Shown: positions 1 through 12,894 of the stretch, one piece after another
Layout of the letters: the number at the start of each line of letters is the position of its first letter
Numbering within the stretch: position 1 is the stretch's first letter
Assembly: GCA_040954595.2 (NCBI GenBank)
Contig: CM082585.2
Span: forward strand, 3,688,902-3,752,901
DNA: 64,000 nt
Direction: 5' to 3'
Origin: Balanoglossus misakiensis
Taxonomy: Eukaryota; Animalia; Hemichordata
The notes under the pieces: model-generated
What the model was told of the DNA's origin: nothing
The model's database searches: none
The model's input: only the letters and a program-made list of their open reading frames with translations
Position numbers and translations under genes: made by a program

Positions 1-565
1 ATAACGCATAGGGATATGAGAACGGCGGGCGGAAAGCGGTCGCTGTCTGAGCTTCTCCGGCGAGACCTCGCACCAATCCCCGCCGAGTTAGAAAGGGAAC
101 TCGCGGTGTCGTCATTTAAGCAGGCGTGGTATATAACGCATAGGGATAGGAGAAGGACGGGTGGATTGTGGTCGTGTGTCTGAGCTTCTCCGGCGAGACC
201 TCGCACAAATCCCCGCCGAGTTAGAAAGGGAACTCGCTGTGTGGTTTGTTAAGCAGGCGTGGTATATAACGCATAAGGATAGGAGAAGGGCGGGCGGAAA
301 GCGGTCGCTTTTACGAGCTCCCCCGGCGAGACCTCGCTCAAATCCCCGACCAGTTAGAAAGGGAATTCGCTGTGTGGTTCTTTAAGCAGGCGTGGTATAT
401 AACGCATAGGGACAGGAGAGGACGGGTGGAAAGCGGTCGCTGTCTGAGCTAACCCGGCGAGACCTCGCACAAATCCCCGCCGAGTTAGAAAGGGAATTCG
501 CTGTGTGGTTCTTTAAGCAGGCGTGGTATATAACGCATGGGGAAAGGAGAAGGACGGGTGGATAG
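1..565. repeat. GC-rich tandem repeat, ~132-bp unit, >4 copies (runs off the window start)
   Basis: ATAACGCAT recurs at 1, 133, 266, 399 and 530 with a conserved body (GGCGAGACCTCGC...CCCCGCCGAGTTAGAAAGGGAA...AAGCAGGCGTGGTAT). Confidence 0.9.
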
Positions 566-1196
566 CAATTGTTCCGATGTATATTGGAATTGGAATTCGA
601 AAGTTGGTGAATTTCAACAACAGCAAAAAAATAATGCTTTTTGTGCACCATGGTTTCGTAAATAATGGGACAGTTCATCTGGTAAATGGAATTAGGCCTT
701 GTCACTTCATTGGCTCGGGTACTATTTTATGTTTCATTTCAATTTTAGCAACATTTCATGTTTCCCATTTCTTTAGAGAATTCCTTTTTTTCTATAAACA
801 AGTAATTTCTGCTTGCATAGTGCAAAAGGTGGTCGGTCATTTTCACCAAACCCAGTCATTTAGATGTGCGCAATCAAATTATCTGGGATAATATCAACAT
901 TTCAGATAATGGTAAGACTCTTTTTTCCCTAGTTGGATTCATTCAAATATTATGTTCAGGACATCGTTGATACCAACGGCGATTTTCTTCCACCTACTCT
1001 ATTGTTATATAAAACTCAAGAATAAGTCAAACTAGATTGTTGAATGGATAAAGTTGCGGAACCTTATTCCCATAGAATGGAAATCTGTGTTGAAAGGTAC
1101 TCAGTTGCATCAGATTCGTAGATTAAAGAATTTCATTCATGTCAATGGAAAACATTTGGTTTTACCTAAAGATCTGCCTCGCCTTACTTCATTTTT
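566..1196 (+). pseudogene. Degenerate non-LTR retrotransposon (L1/Tx1-like) ORF2 fragment, 5' part, split by the 14-kb insertion
   Basis: Broken frames give NQIIWDNINISDNGKTLF/PSWIHSNI and WIKLRNLIPIEWKSVLK, resembling the post-RT region of L1/Tx1 ORF2. The frame continues at 15250 once the insertion is removed. Confidence 0.7.
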
Positions 1197-1231
1197 AGTA
1201 GTATAGGTTGGAGCCGTAGCACTCTCATTTG

Positions 1232-1862
1232 GGGAGGAGGAGCTGAGGAGGAGCTGAGGAGGAGCTGAGGAGGAGGAGCTGAGGAGGAGGCGGAGGAGCT
1301 GAGGAGGAGCTGAGGAGGAGCTGAGGAGGAGGAGCTGAGGAGGAGGAGCTGAGGAGGAGGCGGAGGAGCTGAGGAGGAGCTGAGGAGGAGGAGCTGAGGA
1401 GGAGGCGGAGGAGCTGAGGAGGAGCTGAGGAGGAGCTGAGGAGGAGGAGCTGAGGAGGAGGCGGAGGAGGAGGAGCTGAGGAGGAGGCGGAGGAGGAGGA
1501 GGAGGAGCTGAGGAGGAGGAGCTGAGGAGGAGGAGGAGGAGGAGGAGCTGAGGAGGAGGAGGAGGAGCTGAGGAGGAGGAGGAGGAGGAGGAGGAGCTGA
1601 GGAGGAGGAGGAGGAGCTGAGGAGGAGGAGGAGGAGGAGGAGCTGAGGAGGAGGAGGAGGAGCTGAGGAGGAGGAGGAGGAGGAGGAGCTGAGGAGGAGG
1701 AGGAGGAGCTGAGGAGGAGGAGGAGGAGGAGGAGGAGCTGAGGAGGAGGAGGAGGAGCTGAGGAGGAGGAGGAGCTGAGGAGGAGCTGAGGAGGATGAGG
1801 AGGAAGAGGAGGATGAGGAGGAGGAGGAGGAGGAGGAGGCGGAGGAGGAGGAGGCGGAGGAG
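1232..1862. repeat. Subterminal (GAG)n tract with GCT/GCG interruptions, left arm
   Basis: Continuous GAGGAGGAGCTGAGG-type repeats starting ~35 bp inside the terminus. Confidence 0.95.
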
Positions 1863-2048
1863 GTGATGTTGGGAGGAGGTGATGAGAGGCGAAGGAGGCC
1901 TATCACCCATCACCAAGTTCGATTGTGACCCGAGTAGCGACCCGAGTAGCTGCCGCTGACGTCATCCCATTCTAGTTCGCATGCGCATAAGCGTAACCCG
2001 GGAGATTTCAAAAGAACGATACTAGCGTAGCAACCCATGTAAACAAAT

Positions 2049-3701
2049 ATGGCGACTGAGTTCGAAGATTTCTTGTTTTTGCGTACTTTTTTTGAGGATT
2101 TTGATGAATCTTTAGATTCTGCGGCAGTTTGGCAACTCCGAATAAATACTGCCATCATTGCCTCTCTGAGCTGTTTATTTTTGCGCCGAAAATACGTCCC
2201 GAAGATACAAAATTTTGCCGAAGATATCGTACCTCAGTATTCTTTGCAGGATTTTTGCATCCATTTCCGTATTTGCAAAGATATCTTCACGTTTGTTCTG
2301 GGTCGCATCGCCCACAAACTGGCAATAGAACAATGCGGTGGCCGCCCTCAAGTGCCTCCAGAAAAACAATTATTGGTATGGATTTGGTACATGGTAAACC
2401 AGGAATCCATCAGAGAAGTTGGTCACATTTTCAATCTCTCCAAATCCACAGTCCATTCAACAGTAAAGCGTGTCACAAAAGCTATCATTGCTGTGATGAA
2501 AGATGTAAGTACATTGTAAAGTACATTTTCTAGATTATCTTCATGGATTATTTTTGAATACAAATATATTTTAACATTTCAATAATATACAGTTGGTAAT
2601 GCATAATTTCAAGCTCTGTTTAATTATTGCTATCAAAGAACATATTAAAGGGGACAGTTAAAAATTATCCTTTAGCATTTTCTTTTAGTATTATGGTTCT
2701 CTGTGTCAACATTTTTTTTTTCTACTGCACTCTGTATAGCAAGCTGAAATGTCCAATATTATGTTTGTCATAATTGCAGGTATGTGTAAAAATTAATGTT
2801 GAAAAATGACATCAATATTTGTAGGTTATCAGGTGGCCAACACAAGAGCGACAGAGGGAGATTTCACAGAGTTTTCAGCTTGATTGTGGTTTACCAGGTA
2901 TAGTGGGCATTATTGATGGCACTCACATTAGACTGGCTGGTTGTATTGGTGGAGCTCAAGACTATATAAATAGGAAAGGTTATCCATCCATGCAACTTCA
3001 GGTAAGAAAATTCATTTTTAATTTTATAGAGAAAAATTTATATCTTCCATCATGACATGTGTCATTCTTGAATTTAAAAAATAAAACCTGTTGAAATGTT
3101 GGTTAGTCTCTGCCATTGAGAATTTTATCAAGTTACATAAATGTAGGAGATTCTTGACAAAAAGTGTCCTTTTTTTCAGGTCATTGTTGATGATAATCTA
3201 TTAATCACCAATGCATACACTGGATGGCCTGGTTGTACACACGATGCCCGTGTCCTTCGAAATTCTTCCCTGTACACAAGACTGGAGACTAATGAAGTAA
3301 CTATGGGTCCTGGGAGATACATCATTGGTGATTCTGCATACCCTTTGAGAGAATGGCTTATCACTCCCTTCAGAGACAATGGATTTTTAACCATTCAGCA
3401 GCGCAGGTTCAATCGCGTCTTTTCATCCTGCCGTCAAAATGTTGAACGATCAATTGGGCATTTAAAGGGTCGTGTTAGGAGGCTCAGAGAATTGCCTATG
3501 CATAGTCCTGAAGATGTGTGTGAGACTATAATTTCTGGCTGTATTCTTCACAATCTACGTATTATCCATCATGATGATGTGGAAAACTATATTGATTTAG
3601 ATCCACAGCATATTGATGATCCAAACCAATATCCAAATGTTCATGTGAATGCACCTGGGGGTATTGCCAGAAGACAGCAACTCATGAATCATTTACATTA
3701 A
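2049..3701 (+). CDS. PIF/Harbinger (HARBI1-like, DDE_Tnp_4) transposase, exons 2049-2504, 2825-3001, 3180-3701, 384 aa
   Basis: GT-AG introns join in frame. HTH region (QESIREVGHIFNLSKSTVH) and catalytic motifs IIDGTHI, YINRKG, GWPGCTHDARV, GDSAYPL, RQNVERSIGHLKGR and CILHN are present. Confidence 0.92.
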
Positions 3702-4663
3702 GAGTGTCAACATCATTAGGTATCTTAATGGATTGCCTTTCACACATGAAAATGAAACCTTTTTCTTGATTTAGTTATAAAAATAAGTTATGCACTGGGA
3801 TAAATGTTTTTTTATCATCTTGTTATGCATATTGTGTATTTGAAGTGTTAAGTGTGACTCTGGACATGAAATATTTATTGATTAAAATATATATGGTTAA
3901 GTCGACATTGAAGGATTCAAAGCCTGACTTTCTATTGCTGGTAACATTTTAAATGTACAATCTTACCTGGATAAAAAAAAAAAAAAACACACTTTATGTT
4001 TGTATATGATATAACAATTTATTGTAAAGGTTCAAATGTTTTTTAAAGATAAAGAATTCACTTTTATCCATCAATAATAATAATAGAATAAATATTATAG
4101 ACAATAAATACATTCATAAGTTATGCAATAATTACTTAATAAATAAAGAGTATCAATATATTAACTATAAACATTGAAAATGACTTTGCATTTTTACATT
4201 TGTTTTTCATAAGTTATGATGTAATAATTTCTAGTAATAAATAAAAAGTATCACATATTATTAACTATAAACATTGGTAATGACTTTTGAATTTTTACAT
4301 TTGTTTTTAAAGTTCAACGTCTTCATACATATAATACATACATACCATACATACATAAATGCCAACAGCAATGCTAATAAATTATTTGAGATTTTCAAAA
4401 TATTTTTTAAGGTTATCATGCGTACATGGAATAATTCTGATTAAAAATTGAGTTTGTCAAATAAAAAAAAAATAAAAAATCATCACGAACATGTAGTATG
4501 AACATATAACACTCCAATAAAATTTTAACAATTGTCCAGAAATTCAGATACTTCTACAACTATAACAGTATCAATGAAAACGTTTAGTAACAATAAACTT
4601 TATGAAATATTTCATTTAGATAAAACATTTTTGAATTTTGTCAAATTTATTATACGGTAATCT

Positions 4664-5532
4664 TTAGTTCTTATTGACAGACTGCTCGTATAAATCCAAC
4701 ATTCTATCCATTCTTCTCATTTTCTCTGTATGTTGTTTTTCCATCATCCCAAACAAATCATCATTTTTCTTTTCCATTTGTGTAATTGCAGCCATCAATT
4801 TATCTTGTGGGGATACTCTGTCGGATATTTTGTTTCTTTTTCTGTGTGTACGTGGTGTTGCATGTGTGTCAGATGTGCTTGGTGTTGCATGTGTGTCAGA
4901 TGTGCTTGGTGTTGCATGTGTGTCAGATGTGCTTGGTGTTATCTCTGTAGGTTCTGTAGTCGTCATTTCTGTTGTTGTTTCTGTCACTGTGTCTGTGTTA
5001 TTTTTACTTTTGTCGGTCGTCAAATCAAGCGAATCCATCGTACATGTGGGCTGTGTCGATTCCTTCATCCCATATAAATTATCAAACTCATTGAAATGTC
5101 GACACGTTTTCCTTTCTGCTCCAGTTTTCTTTCGGTTATCAATCACTTCCATATAATTTTTTTTTAAATTTTTCCATTTATCCCTTGCCTGTGTGACAGA
5201 CACAGAAACCCCCGCCTCTCCCATTTTAGACACAATGGACTGCCACAACTTCTCATGTCTAACACTAGTTTTAAATAAATCTTCCATGTCAGACCTCAAC
5301 ACTACAAGTAAATTTTCTTCTCTATCATTCCAAATGTGAATTCTAGCTACGTTTTCTGTGCTGTGTGATGTTGTTCCTGCTTTACTTGGTTCATGTGGTT
5401 GCTGAGTGTTTGTGTTCTTTTCACCTTGTCCTTGACTGCTTTGGTTCTGGTCGAGGTCTTGTACCTTTTCCTTTTGTTTTCCGTTGTGTGCTGCAATAGC
5501 TTGTGAAATGATAGCTTGTTTGATGTTAGAGT
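4664..5532 (-). CDS. Harbinger Myb/SANT (trihelix) DNA-binding partner protein, terminal exon only (first exon missing)
   Basis: Acceptor TTATATTTAACAG, then an open frame with HIWNDREENLLV...KLWQSIVSKM...QARDKWKNLKKNY...CRHFNEFD, a TPSTSDTHA x3 repeat and a C-terminal coiled coil. It converges on the transposase, as is typical of Harbingers. Confidence 0.85.
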
Positions 5533-5780
5533 CTGTTAAATATAAGAATGGGTATAGTCAAGACAAGTTTATTTCTATTTGCTCACCAAAACATGATTCT
5601 ATCAGATTAATTACTGTTGAACTTGAATCCTTAGTACATAAAACCAAAAATGAAATTATTTAATTATAGTTCAGCTTTGTAGAGATATTTAGACATTTTA
5701 CCACTTTTAGATGACCAACACAGAAAATATTTGTTTATAAACATAAGTGACGTGAGCGGACAATGCCTTAGACACACAGT

Positions 5781-5860
5781 CCCTAACCCTAACCCTAACC
5801 CCTAACCCTAACCCTAAGCCTAAAAGTGCATATAAATTGACGTAGGGGGGGGGGGGGGGT
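5781..5860. repeat. Interstitial telomeric (CCCTAA)n tract plus poly-G, left arm
   Basis: CCCTAACCCTAACCCTAACCCCTAACCCTAACCCTAAG, followed ~25 bp later by a G run; mirrored at ~10740-10816. Confidence 0.85.
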
Positions 5861-6299
5861 AAATTAGTCTTGTAAAATACTGTCTCTCTGAATGTATACC
5901 TAGAACAACAGGGAAGTATTTGGTATCAAAAGAAAGCTTAATAAACAAGCTTTCCATTAATTACAAAATTAAAGTGATATGACAAATCATGACATCATAG
6001 TGACGTCATAAGTTAAAATACCCTTACGAAAATGGTGTTCTGTTCACCTATAATTTGTATAAATGTGAGGTTTTGCAAAACACGTCTCTGAGCAATTGTA
6101 CTGATGAAAACTGTGATGTGTTTGGTATCAACAGAAAGCTGATTGAGTAAAGTATCTAATTATTGCAAAATATTGATATAATAATCAATTACGTCATCAT
6201 TACGTCATACTTCCAAGTACCCTTACCAATTAGTGACTATGATGACAAGTTATTACCCTAGGAGATAGGTGCCTTTAAATAAAAAAAAAAAATTGGTAA

Positions 6300-7941
6300 G
6301 GAAGGTTTGTGAAGTCCATTCTATGTAAAAAATGGTGCTGATTCCAAAAAAGTCAGTCTTATTGACCCCACCCAAGACAAAATTGCCATTTTGGCACTTT
6401 TTAACCCAAAAAAGGTCATTTTTAGAAAACACTAAAAGCACACTGTTTTCATCACATTCGAAGATCTGATGACATATGATGTGCCTATTCTATGTAAAAT
6501 TTGGTTGATATTACGAAAAAGGCAGTCTGACTGACCCCACCCAAGACAAAATTGCCGTTTTGGCACTTTTTAACCCAAAAAAGGTCATTTTTTACAAAAA
6601 AAAACTAAAAACAAACTGTTTTCTTCATATTCAGAGATCTGATGACATATGATATGCCTATTCTGTGTATAAAAAATCTGACTGACCCCAAACGAGACAA
6701 AATTGCCTTTTTGACCATTTTTTTGCCCAAAAACGTCATTTTTAGACAAAACTGAAAACACACTCTTCTCTTCATATTGATTGATTTGATGATATATGGA
6801 AAGTCAATTCTATGTGTAAAATGGTGACTATAAAACATAAAGCAATCTTTTTGACCCCAATCAATACAAAAATGCCATTTTTGGCCATATTTTTGAGGTC
6901 AAAAAAGGTCATTTTTACAAAAAAAAAAAAACTAAAAAACAAACTGTTTTCTTCATATTCAGAGATCATGTGATATATGAAAAGTTTATGCTATGTAAAA
7001 TAGTTCTGATTCCAGAAATAGCAGCCTTATTAACCCCCACTCAAGGCAAATGTGCCATTTTTGCCACTTTTTGTCCCAAAAATGTCATTTTTAGAAAACA
7101 CTCAAAACTTATATATTTTCTTCACTTTCGGAGATCTGATAATGTATTGTATACCCACCTTGTGTAAAATTTGGTAGGTATTCAAAAAAGTAGGTTTATT
7201 GGCGCCACTCAAGATTAAAGTGCGTTTTTTGGCAAGTTTTTGCCCAAAAAGGCCATTTTAAGAAATAAGCAAACGTTTTTCTTTGTATTTGGAAATTTGA
7301 TCATGTATGAAAAGTCCATTTATTGAAAAATTGCTGTTGACTCTAGAAAAAGCAATCTTATTGATCTCAATGAAGATGAAAATACTTTTTGCCCAAAAAG
7401 GGTCATTTTTAGAAAATACTAAAAACAAGCTATTTGTTTCCCTTTGGTGATCTAATAATAAATAAAAGTCCATTCTATCTTAAAATTAGCGATTTTTCCA
7501 AAAAAGCACTCTTACTGACTCCACAGAGGGAAAAAATGCCATTTTGGCCACTTTGCTCAAAAAAGGTAACTGTTTGAAAACTTCTTTCTTTATTTTCAGA
7601 TCTTATGATGTACGGAGAAGGTCCATATTTGTTGAATGGGAGCCGATTCCAAAAAAAAAAAAAAAAAAATCTTTTCAGCCCTACAAAATTGTCATTTTGG
7701 CCATTTTTGGTCAAAAAGGTCATTTCAAGAAAAAATGAAAAAACAAGCTGTTTTCTTCGTATTTAAATGTTTGATTATGAATGGAAAGTCCATTTTTTGC
7801 AAAAAATATGCTGATACCAACGCAACAGTCTTATTAAGACCCCACTCAATACAAAATTGCCACTAAGCCATCTTCTAGTCAACAATTGTCTTTTTTCAGA
7901 AAACAAAATAATTGGTGTTTTTTGCCTTTTGAGTTTTGATG
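6300..7941. repeat. Degenerate AT-rich tandem array (~170-180 bp units), inner part of left arm
   Basis: Recurring GACCCC...ACAAAATTGCCATTTT...AAAAAGGTCATTTTT...TTCTTCATATTC.GAGATCTGATG motifs. Confidence 0.7.
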
Positions 7942-8701
7942 TCGCCTGTATCATGTTTAATGCTTGGTCCTGGGCGACGTGTTTAGATTCATCGATGCGA
8001 CTTTGGTTCAATTTGTATACCTTCTTTTACTCTCGATGCTGTATCATCATCATTATGAGTTCAATTTGGGCTATCTCCAAATGCAAACATTTTTTTCTCT
8101 AGAAAATGTTTAAAATGATAAATTTGTCTTAAATAGTTCTTTTTAGGCAATAAATTGCCAAAAACGCAATTTTGACTAGAATGGGGTCAATCAGATTTTT
8201 TATACACAGAATGGACTTTTCATACAAAAAGACAGGCACTGCACATGGCAAAGTCACAAATATTCACTTAGAGCATCTCCAAATTGAAACGTCAAGGAAT
8301 TTAAGAGTTTTTAGTATATTTATTAGGTTTAAACCCACATTTTCCCGTTGTGTGCTAGTTCAGGGGCCAGTTTTAGCTCTATTGAGTATTTAGCATCGTG
8401 GGATTGCACCCCTGTCCAATCAAAATGACGGAGGTATCATGATATAATATAATTTCTGATTTTGTATTCAGAACGAAGAGGATAAATGTTAACAATCTAT
8501 CCGGAGCTGGTATAGATGTACTTAAAACAATTATACCATGTATAACCGACTTATAGTATACAGTGTGAATACATGGATCGTCTCGTTTTATTGTTGAGTT
8601 CCATTTTGGGCTAAATGTGCCAAATTGTGGCAACTCTGCCTTTCAATATCATCAATTCAACTGATATCATATGGTATGACATTTTAAACATGCAAATATA
8701 G
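7942..8701. other. Unique 760-bp spacer (loop) of the giant palindrome
   Basis: Arm identity stops at ...GAGTTTTGATG (7941) and resumes at CATCAAAACTC (8702); no credible ORF. Confidence 0.85.
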
Positions 8702-10300
8702 CATCAAAACTCAAAAGGCAAAAAACACCAATTATTTTGTTTTCTGAAAAAAGACAATTGTTGACTAGAAGATGGCTTAGTGGCAATTTTGTATTGAGTG
8801 GGGTCTTAATAAGACTGTTGCGTTGGTATCAGCATATTTTTTGCAAAAAATGGACTTTCCATTCATAATCAAACATTTAAATACGAAGAAAACAGCTTGT
8901 TTTTTCATTTTTTCTTGAAATGACCTTTTTGACCAAAAATGGCCAAAATGACAATTTTGTAGGGCTGAAAAGATTTTTTTTTTTTTTTTTGGAATCGGCT
9001 CCCATTCAACAAATATGGACCTTCTCCGTACATCATAAGATCTGAAAATAAAGAAAGAAGTTTTCAAACAGTTACCTTTTTTGAGCAAAGTGGCCAAAAT
9101 GGCATTTTTTCCCTCTGTGGAGTCAGTAAGAGTGCTTTTTTGGAAAAATCGCTAATTTTAAGATAGAATGGACTTTTATTTATTATTAGATCACCAAAGG
9201 GAAACAAATAGCTTGTTTTTAGTATTTTCTAAAAATGACCCTTTTTGGGCAAAAAGTATTTTCATCTTCATTGAGATCAATAAGATTGCTTTTTCTAGAG
9301 TCAACAGCAATTTTTCAATAAATGGACTTTTCATACATGATCAAATTTCCAAATACAAAGAAAAACGTTTGCTTATTTCTTAAAATGGCCTTTTTGGGCA
9401 AAAACTTGCCAAAAAACGCACTTTAATCTTGAGTGGCGCCAATAAACCTACTTTTTTGAATACCTACCAAATTTTACACAAGGTGGGTATACAATACATT
9501 ATCAGATCTCCGAAAGTGAAGAAAATATATAAGTTTTGAGTGTTTTCTAAAAATGACATTTTTGGGACAAAAAGTGGCAAAAATGGCACATTTGCCTTGA
9601 GTGGGGGTTAATAAGGCTGCTATTTCTGGAATCAGAACTATTTTACATAGCATAAACTTTTCATATATCACATGATCTCTGAATATGAAGAAAACAGTTT
9701 GTTTTTTAGTTTTTTTTTTGTTGTAAAAATGACCTTTTTTGACCTCAAAAATATGGCCAAAAATGGCATTTTTGTATTGATTGGGGTCAAAAAGATTGCT
9801 TTATGTTTTATAGTCACCATTTTACACATAGAATAGTGTGTTTTCAGTTTTGTCTAAAAATGACGTTTTTGGGCAAAAAAATGGTCAAAAAGGCAATTTT
9901 GTCTCGTTTGGGGTCAGTCAGATTTTTTATACACAGAATAGGCATATCATATGTCATCAGATCTCTGAATATGAAGAAAACAGTTTGTTTTTAGTTTTTT
10001 TTTGTAAAAAATGACCTTTTTTGGGTTAAAAAGTGCCAAAACGGCAATTTTGTCTTGGGTGGGGTCAGTCAGACTGCCTTTTTCGTAATATCAACCAAAT
10101 TTTACATAGAATAGGCACATCATATGTCATCAGATCTTCGAATGTGATGAAAACAGTGTGCTTTTAGTGTTTTCTAAAAATGACCTTTTTTGGGTTAAAA
10201 AGTGCCAAAATGGCAATTTTGTCTTGGGTGGGGTCAATAAGACTGACTTTTTTGGAATCAGCACCATTTTTTACATAGAATGGACTTCACAAACCTTCCT
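8702..10300. repeat. Mirror copy of the AT-rich tandem array, right arm (with a ~42-bp deletion near 9835)
   Basis: Reverse complement of 6300-7941. Confidence 0.7.
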
Positions 10301-10739
10301 TACCAATTTTTTTTTTTTATTTAAAGGCACCTATCTCCTAGGGTAATAACTTGTCATCATAGTCACTAATTGGTAAGGGTACTTGGAAGTATGACGTAAT
10401 GATGACGTATTTGAATATTATATCAATATTTTGCAATAATTAGATACTTTACTCAATCAGCTTTCTGTTGATACCAAACACATCACAGTTTTCATCAGTA
10501 CAATTGCTCAGAGACGTGTTTTGCAAAACCTCACATTTATACAAATTATAGGTGAACAGAACACCATTTTCGTAAGGGTATTTTAACTTATGACGTCACT
10601 ATGATGTCATGATTTGTCATATCACTTTAATTTTGTAATTAATGGAAAGCTTGTTTATTAAGCTTTCTTTTGATACCAAATACTTCCCTGTTGTTCTAGG
10701 TATACATTCAGAGAGACAGTATTTTACAAGACTAATTTA

Positions 10740-10816
10740 CCCCCCCCCCCCTACGTCAATTTATATGCACTTTTAGGCTTAGGGTTAGGGTTAGGGGTTA
10801 GGGTTAGGGTTAGGGA
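10740..10816. repeat. Poly-C plus (TTAGGG)n tract, right arm
   Basis: Mirror of 5781-5860. Confidence 0.85.
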
Positions 10817-11063
10817 CTGTGTGTCTAAGGCATTGTCCGCTCACGTCACTTATGTTTATAAACAAATATTTTCTGTGTTGGTCATCTAAAAGTGGTAAAA
10901 TGTCTAAATATCTCTACAAAGCTGAACTATAATTAAATAATTTCATTTTTGGTTTTATGTACTAAGGATTCAAGTTCAACAGTAATTAATCTGATAGAAT
11001 CATGTTTTGGTGAGCAAATAGAAATAAACTTGTCTTGACTATACCCATTCTTATATTTAACAG

Positions 11064-11932
11064 ACTCTAACATCAAACAAGCTATCATTTCACAAGCTAT
11101 TGCAGCACACAACGGAAAACAAAAGGAAAAGGTACAAGACCTCGACCAGAACCAAAGCAGTCAAGGACAAGGTGAAAAGAACACAAACACTCAGCAACCA
11201 CATGAACCAAGTAAAGCAGGAACAACATCACACAGCACAGAAAACGTAGCTAGAATTCACATTTGGAATGATAGAGAAGAAAATTTACTTGTAGTGTTGA
11301 GGTCTGACATGGAAGATTTATTTAAAACTAGTGTTAGACATGAGAAGTTGTGGCAGTCCATTGTGTCTAAAATGGGAGAGGCGGGGGTTTCTGTGTCTGT
11401 CACACAGGCAAGGGATAAATGGAAAAATTTAAAAAAAAATTATATGGAAGTGATTGATAACCGAAAGAAAACTGGAGCAGAAAGGAAAACGTGTCGACAT
11501 TTCAATGAGTTTGATAATTTATATGGGATGAAGGAATCGACACAGCCCACATGTACGATGGATTCGCTTGATTTGACGACCGACAAAAGTAAAAATAACA
11601 CAGACACAGTGACAGAAACAACAACAGAAATGACGACTACAGAACCTACAGAGATAACACCAAGCACATCTGACACACATGCAACACCAAGCACATCTGA
11701 CACACATGCAACACCAAGCACATCTGACACACATGCAACACCACGTACACACAGAAAAAGAAACAAAATATCCGACAGAGTATCCCCACAAGATAAATTG
11801 ATGGCTGCAATTACACAAATGGAAAAGAAAAATGATGATTTGTTTGGGATGATGGAAAAACAACATACAGAGAAAATGAGAAGAATGGATAGAATGTTGG
11901 ATTTATACGAGCAGTCTGTCAATAAGAACTAA
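11064..11932 (+). CDS. Harbinger Myb/SANT protein, terminal exon, second copy
   Basis: Same translation as 4664-5532. Confidence 0.85.
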
Positions 11933-12894
11933 AGATTACCGTATAATAAATTTGACAAAATTCAAAAATGTTTTATCTAAATGAAATATTTCATAAAGTT
12001 TATTGTTACTAAACGTTTTCATTGATACTGTTATAGTTGTAGAAGTATCTGAATTTCTGGACAATTGTTAAAATTTTATTGGAGTGTTATATGTTCATAC
12101 TACATGTTCGTGATGATTTTTTATTTTTTTTTTATTTGACAAACTCAATTTTTAATCAGAATTATTCCATGTACGCATGATAACCTTAAAAAATATTTTG
12201 AAAATCTCAAATAATTTATTAGCATTGCTGTTGGCATTTATGTATGTATGGTATGTATGTATTATATGTATGAAGACGTTGAACTTTAAAAACAAATGTA
12301 AAAATTCAAAAGTCATTACCAATGTTTATAGTTAATAATATGTGATACTTTTTATTTATTACTAGAAATTATTACATCATAACTTATGAAAAACAAATGT
12401 AAAAATGCAAAGTCATTTTCAATGTTTATAGTTAATATATTGATACTCTTTATTTATTAAGTAATTATTGCATAACTTATGAATGTATTTATTGTCTATA
12501 ATATTTATTCTATTATTATTATTGATGGATAAAAGTGAATTCTTTATCTTTAAAAAACATTTGAACCTTTACAATAAATTGTTATATCATATACAAACAT
12601 AAAGTGTGTTTTTTTTTTTTTTTATCCAGGTAAGATTGTACATTTAAAATGTTACCAGCAATAGAAAGTCAGGCTTTGAATCCTTCAATGTCGACTTAAC
12701 CATATATATTTTAATCAATAAATATTTCATGTCCAGAGTCACACTTAACACTTCAAATACACAATATGCATAACAAGATGATAAAAAAACATTTATCCCA
12801 GTGCATAACTTATTTTTATAACTAAATCAAGAAAAAGGTTTCATTTTCATGTGTGAAAGGCAATCCATTAAGATACCTAATGATGTTGACACTC

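Noticed and set aside
1-565. Regularly spaced repeats resembling a CRISPR array
   Set aside because: The whole unit repeats with no unique spacers, there are no cas genes, and the context is eukaryotic.
1137-1916. Long Leu/Ser/Pro-rich ORFs (also 1184-1906, 14680-15294, 14690-15385)
   Set aside because: They are translations of the (GAG/CTC)n tract, which lacks stops on one strand; there is no domain content.
2049-3701. Domesticated host HARBI1 gene
   Set aside because: It is paired with a convergent Myb gene and embedded in a mobile structure, so it is better explained as a transposon gene; no symbol assigned.
4674-5156. Antisense ORFs over the Myb exon (also 4730-5077, 11440-11922, 11519-11866)
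   Set aside because: Shadow frames of the Myb coding exon and its 27-bp repeat.
5781-5820. Telomere fusion or chromosome end
   Set aside because: Only about six units, internal to a repeat element and duplicated along with the arm.
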